This document shows positions 54,871 to 63,983 of a stretch of DNA of 64,000 nt, in pieces. How positions within the stretch are numbered: the first letter of the stretch is position 1; each line of letters starts with the position of its first letter. Location: NCBI GenBank assembly GCA_036677065.1, contig JAKFBS010000004.1, positions 1-64,000 of the forward strand, in the 5' to 3' direction. The stretch is from Bdellovibrio sp. (GTDB lineage Bacteria; Bdellovibrionota; Bdellovibrionia; Bdellovibrionales; Bdellovibrionaceae). The notes under the pieces were generated by a model. The model saw only the letters and a list, made by a program, of their open reading frames with translations, searched no databases and was not told the DNA's origin. A program made the position numbers and the translations under genes.

Positions 54871-54981
54871 ATGGCATTAAAAGTTGGCGGAAAAAGCAAA
54901 ACTAAAAAAAATAAATCAGCTCGTCACAAAGCTAAAAGAATCACTAAGAAAAAACGTATGATCAAAGCTAACAAAAAGTAG
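54871..54981 (+). CDS. Unannotated 36-aa very basic small protein (MALKVGGKSKTKKNKSARHKAKRITKKKRMIKANKK)
   Basis: AAGGA RBS; ATG to TAG fills the tex-phosphatase gap; AAA/GCT/CGT codons like highly expressed genes; below the ORF-track cutoff. Confidence 0.75.
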   Translation: MALKVGGKSKTKKNKSARHKAKRITKKKRMIKANKK

Positions 54982-54997
54982 TTTTGAACTGTCGATT

Positions 54998-55609
54998 TTG
55001 AAAACTAAGAATCTTTTTCTTATTCGACATGGTGAAACGGATTGGAATCGTGCTAAACGGTTCCAAGGCCGCACCGATATTCCCTTAAATGATGAGGGGC
55101 GTGTACAAGCTCTTGGCTTGTGTTCACGTATGATGGAACTAAAAATTGATTTGGTTGTATCTAGTTCTTTGTCGCGGGCTTATGAAACAGCCTTAATCGC
55201 GATTCAAGATGTTAAACTTCCGATCCAAAAAGATGATCGTCTGCAAGAAACCAATATTGGTGAAGCCGAAGGTCTTACGCATGAAGAAATTTCTGAAAAA
55301 TTTGGTATTGGCCATATCGAACGTTGGCGTTCGTATGAAGAACGTGATTTGGATTTTAGATATCCTAATGGGGAATCAAAAAGACAGATGATGGTCCGTG
55401 TTCGCGAGGCTATTTTGGACATTGCGCAAAACAATTCACACCAAAATATAGCGGTGTTTGCTCATGGAATGGTTATGCGCGCTTTAACCTTCGCTTTTCA
55501 CCAAGGTGTTGCATGGGATTTAGCGCAATTTCACAATGGCTGTATTCACCATTTTGTGTGGGACGACAAAAGGCCAGAACACATGAAATACATTGGTAAA
55601 GTAAATTAA
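54998..55609 (+). CDS. Histidine phosphatase (phosphoglycerate mutase family)
   Basis: LIRHGETDWN, SS.L.RA.ET, L.E..G..EG, GES and AHG motifs. Confidence 0.92.
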   Translation: MKTKNLFLIRHGETDWNRAKRFQGRTDIPLNDEGRVQALGLCSRMMELKIDLVVSSSLSRAYETALIAIQDVKLPIQKDDRLQETNIGEAEGLTHEEISEKFGIGHIERWRSYEERDLDFRYPNGESKRQMMVRVREAILDIAQNNSHQNIAVFAHGMVMRALTFAFHQGVAWDLAQFHNGCIHHFVWDDKRPEHMKYIGKVN

Positions 55610-55666
55610 TCGTTTAAAATATTAGCTGGAGAATTCATTCCGTCGGATGACGGATAAGGAGCGACA

Positions 55667-57484
55667 GTGCCTGCGTATTTTAAAAAAGTCTTTCTTAATT
55701 CAACCGGATCATTTTTACCAGGACCTGCCGTCAACAATGACGAAATGGATTCTTATATTGGTTCAATCAATGGCCAATCAAATCGCATCAAACGTCGTAT
55801 CTTAGCTGAAAACGGAATTAAATCACGTCACTACGGTATCGATAAAGAAGGTAATACTAATTTCTCATCTTCAGACATGGCGATCAAAGCCATCGAAAAT
55901 ACTTTAGAAAATACTGGCTTGAAAATGGATGACGTACAATTTTTAAGTACGGGTACGGTGGGCGCTGATATGGCAGCTCCAGGTTTTGCAAATTTAGTTC
56001 AAGGCCAACTGCGAGCAGCGCCAATGCAAACGATGAGTTTTCAAGGTATCTGTGCTTCGGGTATAGCCGCAATGAAAGCCGCTGCTTCAGTTGTAGAGCT
56101 TGGCGAATTTGACCGCTCTGTTGCATTAGCGACAGAGTTTCCGTCACGTTTATTTAAAGCTTCTCGGTTTCAGCAAATTGAAGAAAATTTAGATTTTGAT
56201 TCACACTTTTTACGTTGGATGTTGTCTGATGGATCAGGTGCTGTGTTATTTGAAAACAAACCACGCGAAACTGGGATCTCGTTAAAATTAGATTGGATTC
56301 ATTTAAAATCATTTAGCGGTGATTACCCAACCTGTATGCAGATCGGAACGCCGTGGAATGAACCTAAAAAAAGTTATTTAGATTTTCCGTCATTAGAGGC
56401 AGCTGAAAAAGCGGGTTCTTTTCTATTGCGCCAAGATATTCGCTTATTACCAAATTTATTTGATGTGGGTATTAGCGAATTTATGAATTTAGTTTTAAAA
56501 AATGAAATTCAACCCAACGAAGTTGATCATTTCTTATGTCATTATTCGTCAGAAAGATTTTCAGGTGTCGTAAAAACACTTATGGAAAAAGCTGGCGTTC
56601 TTATTTCGCCAGAGAAATGGTACAGCAATCTAACGAGTAAAGGTAATACGGGAGCAGCCTCAATTTTTATTATGCTTGATGAATTCATGCGTACTAAAAA
56701 GCCTAAAGTTGGCGAAAAAATACTTTGTTTTATTCCGGAGTCTGGGCGTTTTACTGTTTCGTTTATGCTTTTTGAAGTTTTAGAAGATGGAAAATCAAAA
56801 AAAATCGAACGTCAAAAGCCAGAACGTCAGTTGTTTGAAAAATTATTATTGGAGCTGGGAAGCGTTTGGCATAGTTACCGTTCAAATGTTTTCAGAACTG
56901 AATTTGCGAATAAAATTTTTAACAATAATTTTTCTGTCGATAATTACCAACAGTGGATGGAAAATTGGATTCCACAAGTGCGTGAGGGCAGTGTTTGGAT
57001 GCGCACAGCAATTTCGAATTTATCGAATCAGTTTGAAGGTATTCAAGAGTTGATCGAAGAGCATGCCGGCGAAGAGCAATTCGACTTTAAGGTTCTTTAT
57101 GCCGATTACCAAAACTCAGGTGGTAAAAAAGATATCGATGATTTAAAGCGTAACCCTGGTGGCGAAGCCTTGAATAAATATATGTACGAGCGTGCAAATG
57201 GCGTAAATCCATTGGGTCTATTAGGCGGTATTTTTATTATCGAAGGTACGGGAAATAAAATTATTCCGACGATGTTACCTTTCTTGAAAAAAAGCCTAAA
57301 TCTTCAAATGAATGTCTTTAAGTTTTTAGAATATCACGGCGAAAATGACGTGAAACATTTAGAACGTTGGGCAAGCGCTGTTGAATTAGCTTTGGCGATT
57401 GAACCTAAAGCTTATGATGACATTTTGGCGACAGCTAAAGAAGTGGCTAAGCTTTATCACGCACAATGGGAGCAAGTACTATGA
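55667..57484 (+). CDS. KAS-III-like (DarB/StlD-type) ketosynthase fused to a C-terminal heme-oxygenase-like (diiron-type) domain
   Basis: Cys-His-Asn triad (GICASG, LCHYSS, GNTGAAS), FLRWMLSDG, PESGRF; helical C-domain with QVREGS, HAGEE, IIEGTG and YHGENDVKH; GTG start with AAGGAG RBS. Confidence 0.85.
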   Translation: MPAYFKKVFLNSTGSFLPGPAVNNDEMDSYIGSINGQSNRIKRRILAENGIKSRHYGIDKEGNTNFSSSDMAIKAIENTLENTGLKMDDVQFLSTGTVGADMAAPGFANLVQGQLRAAPMQTMSFQGICASGIAAMKAAASVVELGEFDRSVALATEFPSRLFKASRFQQIEENLDFDSHFLRWMLSDGSGAVLFENKPRETGISLKLDWIHLKSFSGDYPTCMQIGTPWNEPKKSYLDFPSLEAAEKAGSFLLRQDIRLLPNLFDVGISEFMNLVLKNEIQPNEVDHFLCHYSSERFSGVVKTLMEKAGVLISPEKWYSNLTSKGNTGAASIFIMLDEFMRTKKPKVGEKILCFIPESGRFTVSFMLFEVLEDGKSKKIERQKPERQLFEKLLLELGSVWHSYRSNVFRTEFANKIFNNNFSVDNYQQWMENWIPQVREGSVWMRTAISNLSNQFEGIQELIEEHAGEEQFDFKVLYADYQNSGGKKDIDDLKRNPGGEALNKYMYERANGVNPLGLLGGIFIIEGTGNKIIPTMLPFLKKSLNLQMNVFKFLEYHGENDVKHLERWASAVELALAIEPKAYDDILATAKEVAKLYHAQWEQVL

Positions 57485-58374
57485 TAGAAGGAAATGACAT
57501 GTTTGCAAATATGCAGCATGACCCGGATGATCCAAGTCCGTGGCATGCAATGTATTTAGATACAAGCACGCCACTTCGTCCGTCTGCAAAAACTATGTGG
57601 CTGCAAAACTCGAGTTCGAATTCACGCCAATTTGTTCTGCCATTCGCTCGGCTTGTAGCAAAAATCATGATTATTACTTTTCAGGTTATCAAAGCCTTAT
57701 CACCAGTAGATTGGCGCGCTTCAAGATTGCTTCACCAATTAATTTATTGGGGATTAAAATATTTTGTTAAAAAAGAAGCGAACTACCTTATTTTACGCCA
57801 TTTTCATGCAGGTTCTGAACTATTAGGCTTTATCGGTGGTAACGTGCCTGGCGTAAATATTCCGATGAATCCTTTGAAGCCTAAAAACTTAGAAGCCCTT
57901 AAGGATCATTTATTTTTAACTCATGATCTGAATTTGTATAATTTTGTAATTAATCTAAATCGCGAGCTTAAAGCGAAAAATTTAAAGATTAAACCGATAG
58001 CTTCGCCGAATTTCTCGATGGTCACTGAAGGCGAATTTGATATTGAGATGCCTAAAGAGGGTTTGTTTAATTTTATCGATTTAGAAACGGCTATCGAAAT
58101 TTATACTCCGGTTTATCAGTTTTTCTTAACGGATAATGATTTTTGGCGTGCCACAAATTCTTTACAATTAGATGAAACTATTGGAATTTATGGATCGACA
58201 ATCTTAGGTTCGGATAAACACTTGCTGTTAGTAAATAATAAACATCCGCTAGTGTCGTTAATCACTTTAAGTGCTGGATTTCGTTTAGTGCTTCATGGTT
58301 TGTCGACTGAAATGGGACATTGGTTGTTGGTGCAAAAAAAGCTAGAACAACGCGAAAAAGAAAAAACGGCTTAA
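57481..58374 (+). CDS. Uncharacterised protein (DUF6999-like), translationally coupled to the ketosynthase
   Basis: ATGA overlap; DP.PW.A...D, LRHFH.GSE, HD.NLYN and SLQLDE motifs. Confidence 0.75.
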   Translation: MIEGNDMFANMQHDPDDPSPWHAMYLDTSTPLRPSAKTMWLQNSSSNSRQFVLPFARLVAKIMIITFQVIKALSPVDWRASRLLHQLIYWGLKYFVKKEANYLILRHFHAGSELLGFIGGNVPGVNIPMNPLKPKNLEALKDHLFLTHDLNLYNFVINLNRELKAKNLKIKPIASPNFSMVTEGEFDIEMPKEGLFNFIDLETAIEIYTPVYQFFLTDNDFWRATNSLQLDETIGIYGSTILGSDKHLLLVNNKHPLVSLITLSAGFRLVLHGLSTEMGHWLLVQKKLEQREKEKTA

Positions 58375-58377
58375 TCA

Positions 58378-59088
58378 ATGAATTTAGAACAATTTGTTTT
58401 ACAACTAAATCATTGGCAATTTTTTTTAGTGAGCTTTTTTGGCTTTTCAGGTCTGTATTTTTCATTTTGTTCGATTTCGTATTATCTATTTTGCGTCAAA
58501 AGAATTTGGCCTCGTGTTCAGGATAAAGAGTTTCGCCCAGGGCAGATTAAAACTGAAATCAAAAGATCATTTTTATCGATATTAATGTTTTCGATCCTTG
58601 CGATTTTTATGTGTGAAGGTTTGAAGACTGGATTTTATCGCTTCGACTTTAACTTTTCGTTAAACACATTTCTAGTTGAAGTTGTTGTGCTTTTTTTCTG
58701 GAATGAGATTTACTTTTACAGTTTTCACAGATTGTTTCATTTAAAATCATTATATAAATACCATGTCGATCACCATTATTCGTTCGTGCCGTCGCCATTT
58801 TCAGCTTACAGTTTTCATTGGAGCGAAGGGGTTATTTTAGGAGCAGTTATGCCAGTGGTCATGCTATTTCATGACTTTCAGTTTTACGCAATTATGGTGC
58901 TGCCGGCGATGAGCATTTCGATGAACGTGTTAGGGCATTCTAACATCGATTTTTTTCCGAAATCTGGTCAGGGCAGTTTGTTAAGTTTTTCGAAACGCCA
59001 TAGTCTGCATCATAAGATTCCGCATTCAAATTTTGGATTTTTCTTACCATGGTTTGATCAAATTTTTGGGACGGTCGCCAAAGACTAA
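58378..59088 (+). CDS. Sterol desaturase/fatty acid hydroxylase family membrane diiron enzyme 1
   Basis: His boxes HRLFH, HVDHH and HSLHH; YSFH..E; NFG....WFD..FGT. Confidence 0.9.
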   Translation: MNLEQFVLQLNHWQFFLVSFFGFSGLYFSFCSISYYLFCVKRIWPRVQDKEFRPGQIKTEIKRSFLSILMFSILAIFMCEGLKTGFYRFDFNFSLNTFLVEVVVLFFWNEIYFYSFHRLFHLKSLYKYHVDHHYSFVPSPFSAYSFHWSEGVILGAVMPVVMLFHDFQFYAIMVLPAMSISMNVLGHSNIDFFPKSGQGSLLSFSKRHSLHHKIPHSNFGFFLPWFDQIFGTVAKD

Positions 59089-59182
59089 TGTTAGCCATTC
59101 TGGGCTCGGTGTAGATAACTTTGACAGTGTATTAGGCTACGTAGCTGACGGGGTTGGAACGGCTTTAGCTATATAAAGCTTT

Positions 59183-60997
59183 ATGAAAAAACAAAGCCCA
59201 TTATCGATCGTATTAGCCGGTACTTTAGCTGTCTCATTTTTAGCTCCATTTTCTGCTAGGGCCCAAGTGGCTGCGGCTCAAGTTCAAGTAACTGGCGAAG
59301 GCCTTATTACCAGCGAATTGTTGGGTATTGAAATTCAGCAGTTTTCGAATCTTTTAGGTGTCGATGCTGAACTGGTTCAGGCCGTTTTTACAACTATTTC
59401 AATTGATACTAAATTAAAATTAAAAGAAATGGTCGCGATCTGGGCGTCGCAAGGTTTGTTGTTCAACCCAAGCTTACAATTAGGAATTGTTAAGACTGGT
59501 GATAAATCTGAAATTTTTGATGTGGCTGAAAAGGATCTTTCAAAAGTTGAAAACGACATTTTAGATTTATTGATCTCGCTTCATGGTGAGAGTAAATTGG
59601 TTCCGTTTATTTCTTCTTTAATCGAAATGTTAAAACAAGATCCAAAGTATGGTCCAACGGTAAGCGCAGTGACCCCAGATCAGAAATTAATGATCTTATC
59701 AATGTTAGATCAAACTATTTCTTCTACAGGTGCTTTGCGTAAATTTTCACCTCAGACCTGGACGCAATTATCTGAGCAGTTAGAAACTAAACTAAATCGC
59801 TTTGAGAAAAATCAAAAATCACAAACGAGACTTTCAAATCCGGTATTCTTAAAAGAATTGTATGATGCAGCTAATTCAAAGTATTACGCCACTCAGAATT
59901 CTAAATTATTAATTGATGGCCCTGCTTCATTTGTTTTACGTGATCAAAAAATGAGTGAAGCAAAACAAACTATCAATATGCTTACTTGGGCTGTAATCGA
60001 TGATAAAACGGGGCAAGAATTAGCTGATTTACTTATCGCTAAAGCTAAGAAAAATGTAAAAGTTCGTCTTATCGTAGATGGTCAGGTAAGTTATAAACCG
60101 CACTACACTCGTGAAGTTAAACGTATGGAAGAAAACGGCGTGCAGGTTATTCGCTGGATGAATCCAAAAGCTTCATTTATGGGTCAGCACCGTAAAATGT
60201 TAGTTATTGATGATAAGTTTGCAGTCATGGGCGGAATGAATCCAGGCGACACTTACAGCCATAAAGCCGGTGCAGGTAAAGACTTATGGCGCGACACCGA
60301 TGTGGCGTTCGAAGGAACAGCTGCAGAACAAGCACAACGTTTATTCATGAAAATCTGGAACAAACAAATTTCTGACCGCAAGCTACCACTTAAACAAATC
60401 ACAATTGTAAACCATTTTACAACGGGAACTAATGACGGAAAAGCGATGCTTGTAGAGCATCAACCCATGTCTGCAGGTGATCAGCATAATATTTTGTTAA
60501 CGATAATGAAATCAATCCGTGGTGCGGAAAAAACTGTGGATATCGAGAATGCATATGTTATTACGTTTCCGTCATTAACATATGAAATTAAAGAAGCCGT
60601 TGAGCGTGGTGTTAAAGTTAGAATTTTAACGAATTCAACAAACAGCGTCGATGAAAAAGTTGTGGCACTTCCAATCGTACGCAGTGCTAAAAAGCTTTTA
60701 GATGTAGGTGCAGAAGTTTACTTAAAAACAGGCAGCACATTACATTCTAAGTTTATGATTGTAGATCAACGTTTATTTTTAATCGGAAGTTATAACTTAC
60801 ACCCGAGATCTGAAAAGATGGAAGGTGAGACGATTGTTGTCTTTGATAATACAAAACTTGCGTTAGAGGCAACAGCTGCTTTTGAAAAGGATATTCAGGC
60901 CGACAAAGCCATTAAAATGGATCCTGCTCAAGAAGTTATTATTCCGGTAACGGGTGAAACACTTTTACCATTGCGTATGTTTTACGATCAGTTGTAA
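59183..60997 (+). CDS. Secreted phospholipase D-family (cardiolipin synthase-like) protein
   Basis: Two HKD motifs (HRKMLVID..GGMN and HSKFMIVD..GSYN); WRDTD; signal peptide ending ARA. Confidence 0.9.
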   Translation: MKKQSPLSIVLAGTLAVSFLAPFSARAQVAAAQVQVTGEGLITSELLGIEIQQFSNLLGVDAELVQAVFTTISIDTKLKLKEMVAIWASQGLLFNPSLQLGIVKTGDKSEIFDVAEKDLSKVENDILDLLISLHGESKLVPFISSLIEMLKQDPKYGPTVSAVTPDQKLMILSMLDQTISSTGALRKFSPQTWTQLSEQLETKLNRFEKNQKSQTRLSNPVFLKELYDAANSKYYATQNSKLLIDGPASFVLRDQKMSEAKQTINMLTWAVIDDKTGQELADLLIAKAKKNVKVRLIVDGQVSYKPHYTREVKRMEENGVQVIRWMNPKASFMGQHRKMLVIDDKFAVMGGMNPGDTYSHKAGAGKDLWRDTDVAFEGTAAEQAQRLFMKIWNKQISDRKLPLKQITIVNHFTTGTNDGKAMLVEHQPMSAGDQHNILLTIMKSIRGAEKTVDIENAYVITFPSLTYEIKEAVERGVKVRILTNSTNSVDEKVVALPIVRSAKKLLDVGAEVYLKTGSTLHSKFMIVDQRLFLIGSYNLHPRSEKMEGETIVVFDNTKLALEATAAFEKDIQADKAIKMDPAQEVIIPVTGETLLPLRMFYDQL

Positions 60998-61011
60998 AAA
61001 AGGACATTGCT

Positions 61012-61743
61012 GTGAATGATGTTTTAGTTTTTTTAGCCATTTTAGCTTTCGGAACTTTTAAATACGGTACTCTGATGGGTATTCCGTACTACGTTTTTTG
61101 GAAAGTAAAACCAGCATGGTTAAATAATTTTAAAAAAATTCAAGTGCAAGAGCGGGCAAAACCGCAAGTCGCCTTAGAGATGAAATATTCAAGCTATACA
61201 CTAGTTATTCAGGCGATCTTTTTTTTCGGCATTTATAAATTGAACCAGCTTGGCTTTGTGCAGATCGTGGCTGAGCAGCCGTTATGGAAAGATTTAGTCG
61301 CGCTGGGCATTTACGTCTTGATCTATGATCCATTCTTTTATGTGCTTCATCACATCATGCATAGAAACAAGTGGTTATATCGTAATATTCACGTTGTGCA
61401 TCACCGCTCACTTAATCCAACACCTTGGGCGACCTATTCGTTTCATCCCATTGAAGCCGCTGCAAACTTGTTATATTTTATTCCGTTTTTCTTTTTAACG
61501 AGCGTGAGTGTGCCGATGCTTTTCTTTATTCTGATCGTGACTGACGCGGCAAATTTAGCTGGCCATTTAGGATATGAAGTTTTCTCAGAGAAAGTGCAAA
61601 ATAGCTGGTGGGGGCGTTGGATCACGACGCCGACACATCACAATATTCATCATCAGGTATCTAATTCGAATTTTGGCTTGTATTTCAATGGATGGGATCT
61701 TTGGTTCAAGACCCTGAATGCAAAAGATAAGCGTAAAACTTAG
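61012..61743 (+). CDS. Sterol desaturase/fatty acid hydroxylase family membrane diiron enzyme 2
   Basis: HHIMH, HVVHH.S.NPTPW..YSFHP.E, GHLGYE, HHNIHH and NFGLYF..WD motifs. Confidence 0.9.
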   Translation: MNDVLVFLAILAFGTFKYGTLMGIPYYVFWKVKPAWLNNFKKIQVQERAKPQVALEMKYSSYTLVIQAIFFFGIYKLNQLGFVQIVAEQPLWKDLVALGIYVLIYDPFFYVLHHIMHRNKWLYRNIHVVHHRSLNPTPWATYSFHPIEAAANLLYFIPFFFLTSVSVPMLFFILIVTDAANLAGHLGYEVFSEKVQNSWWGRWITTPTHHNIHHQVSNSNFGLYFNGWDLWFKTLNAKDKRKT

Positions 61744-61989
61744 TTAATATAAGTGATTAGGGTTTGGAAGCCCAACGTTGCTTTGGCCATCACTGTGTCT
61801 TGCTCTGCGGCAAGCTGTTTCACTAAGTAAACTACAGTAAATGCACCAACGTAAAATAAGAAGAGTCTTTTTCTAAATTCAATCATGGAGCGAAGATACA
61901 GCATTTTTACCCATCGGGGAGAAAAATCTAAGGCTTGGTGAAAAGAATAAAAGGTTGTCAAAAATCTAGACAGGGCAGACAATACGTCT

Positions 61990-62667
61990 ATGTCATCAGT
62001 CGTTGAAATCAAGAATATATCAAAGAGTTATAAATTAGGTGAAACCCATGTGGACGCCATCAAGGATTTGTCTTTAGTTGTGACTAAAGGGGAGTTTACG
62101 GCGCTTATCGGGGCATCGGGATCGGGCAAAACTACGCTTTTAAATTTGATCGGTTGTTTAGACGGCGTAGATCGCGGTGACATTCTAATTGATGGCATGA
62201 ACGTGAAGCAACTTAATGAAAACCAAAAAAGCCAACTGCGTAATGAAAAAATTGGTTTTATTTTTCAATCGTTTAATTTAATTCCTGTGTTAAATATTTA
62301 TGAAAATGTTGAATTGCCATTAACTGTGCGTAAAGACATTCAAGCTGCAGAACGTAAAATAAAAGTTGAAGCGGCGCTAAAAGATGTAGGCCTTTTAGAA
62401 TTTGCACATCATCGTCCAGACCAATTATCTGGTGGGCAACGTCAGCGGGTGGCCATAGCCAGAGCCTTAGTGACATCACCGGCACTGATCTTAGCCGATG
62501 AGCCAACGGCAAATTTAGATTCAAAAACTGCCAATTTAATTATCGACTTAATGTTAGAATTAAATAAAACAAAACACGTAACTTTTTTCTTTTGCACCCA
62601 TGATGAAAAATTAATGAGCCGTGTTCAAAAAATTGTAAAAATTAAAGATGGTCAGATCGAAGCATGA
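61990..62667 (+). CDS. ABC ATP-binding protein (LolD/MacB-like)
   Basis: GASGSGKTT, IGFIFQSFNL, LSGGQRQR and ADEPTANLD motifs. Confidence 0.93.
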   Translation: MSSVVEIKNISKSYKLGETHVDAIKDLSLVVTKGEFTALIGASGSGKTTLLNLIGCLDGVDRGDILIDGMNVKQLNENQKSQLRNEKIGFIFQSFNLIPVLNIYENVELPLTVRKDIQAAERKIKVEAALKDVGLLEFAHHRPDQLSGGQRQRVAIARALVTSPALILADEPTANLDSKTANLIIDLMLELNKTKHVTFFFCTHDEKLMSRVQKIVKIKDGQIEA

Positions 62668-63983
62668 TTTGGAAATTTGCTTACAGAAATTTACTGCGCA
62701 ATAAACGCCGATCATTATCGACTGGCGTAGCTATTTGTGTAGGCTTTGTGGGATTAAACTTACTGGGTGCTTATATTTATCGTGCTAAGATGGCCTTAGA
62801 TACAACATCGATCTATTCAGCGCAAAAAGGTCATGTCAGCATTTATAAAAAAGATTCTATTGAACAGTATCAAATTAAACCTAAAAAATATATTTTTAGC
62901 ACCGAAGAACAAAACCAGGTCGAAAAAATCTTAGCAGAGTTCGGTCCGCAGGTTGAATATGTCGGAAAACAAATTTCAGTTCCGGGCTTACTTTCGAATG
63001 GAACTAAATCTCACCCGGTAGTTATTTATGGTTTTGATCCTGTGGCCTTTAAAAAATCTTTAACTCAACCAGCGTTATTGGAATGGGCTAAAGATTGGGT
63101 GCTGCCGTCACAGCTTGAAGATGCTGACTTATTTTTAAAAAATCCTGAAACACTTTCGATCACGCCAAAAATTGCTGAGCTTTTATCTTTTAAATATCCG
63201 TTAAAGAGCAATGAGGCAGTGCAAATTGCAGCGCGCACGTTAGACGGCGATTTAAACGCGATCAATGCTGAGCTTGGTGCAGAGCACACAACGGGCATGC
63301 AATTTCTTGAAGACACCATTGTTCTGATTCCAATTGCTAAGGTTCAGGAATTATTAGCTACGGATGCAGTAGAAACAATTTCGGTCTATTTAAAACACGA
63401 TGTTTCGCTAAATCGATTTATAGCTGAATTGAGAACTAAAATGTCAGCACTAGGTTTTGGCACTGATATCTATAGATTTGATGACCCAATCATTAATGCG
63501 ATTCATTCAGGATCGATGGGTTTTTTATACGTTATGGGCGGATTTTTTCTATTTTTGATCTGCACGGCGGTCAGCCTTACGATTATTAATTCTTTAACGA
63601 TGGGAATTATTGAACGCACGCGTGAAATTGGAACTTTGCGGGCGGTAGGATTTAAAAGTTTAGATGTCGTACAATTGTTTGTGCGCGAAAGTGTTTTGCT
63701 GTCAGTGATCAGCATGTTTTTTGGAGTGCTGATCTCGTTTTTAGTTTCGAGTGCGATTAACGCTGCAAATATTCGGTTTTTTCCACCCGGTGCCAGCACC
63801 ATGATTCAATTTGTATTAAAATGGAATTTGTATATTGCTGGATTTGTTTTTATTTTACTTTTTATTATCGCAACAGTTTCATCGTATTTTGTGATTAAGA
63901 GTAAATTACGAACGAAATTAATTGCGCTACTGAACGACACTTCAACTTTTGATGATGACAGCGAAGAAGAGGAATCCCCATGA
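62664..63983 (+). CDS. ABC permease (LolC/E, FtsX/MacB family)
   Basis: A.RNLLRNKRRS, large periplasmic loop, ERTREIGTLRAVG and three C-terminal TMs. Confidence 0.9.
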   Translation: MIWKFAYRNLLRNKRRSLSTGVAICVGFVGLNLLGAYIYRAKMALDTTSIYSAQKGHVSIYKKDSIEQYQIKPKKYIFSTEEQNQVEKILAEFGPQVEYVGKQISVPGLLSNGTKSHPVVIYGFDPVAFKKSLTQPALLEWAKDWVLPSQLEDADLFLKNPETLSITPKIAELLSFKYPLKSNEAVQIAARTLDGDLNAINAELGAEHTTGMQFLEDTIVLIPIAKVQELLATDAVETISVYLKHDVSLNRFIAELRTKMSALGFGTDIYRFDDPIINAIHSGSMGFLYVMGGFFLFLICTAVSLTIINSLTMGIIERTREIGTLRAVGFKSLDVVQLFVRESVLLSVISMFFGVLISFLVSSAINAANIRFFPPGASTMIQFVLKWNLYIAGFVFILLFIIATVSSYFVIKSKLRTKLIALLNDTSTFDDDSEEEESP

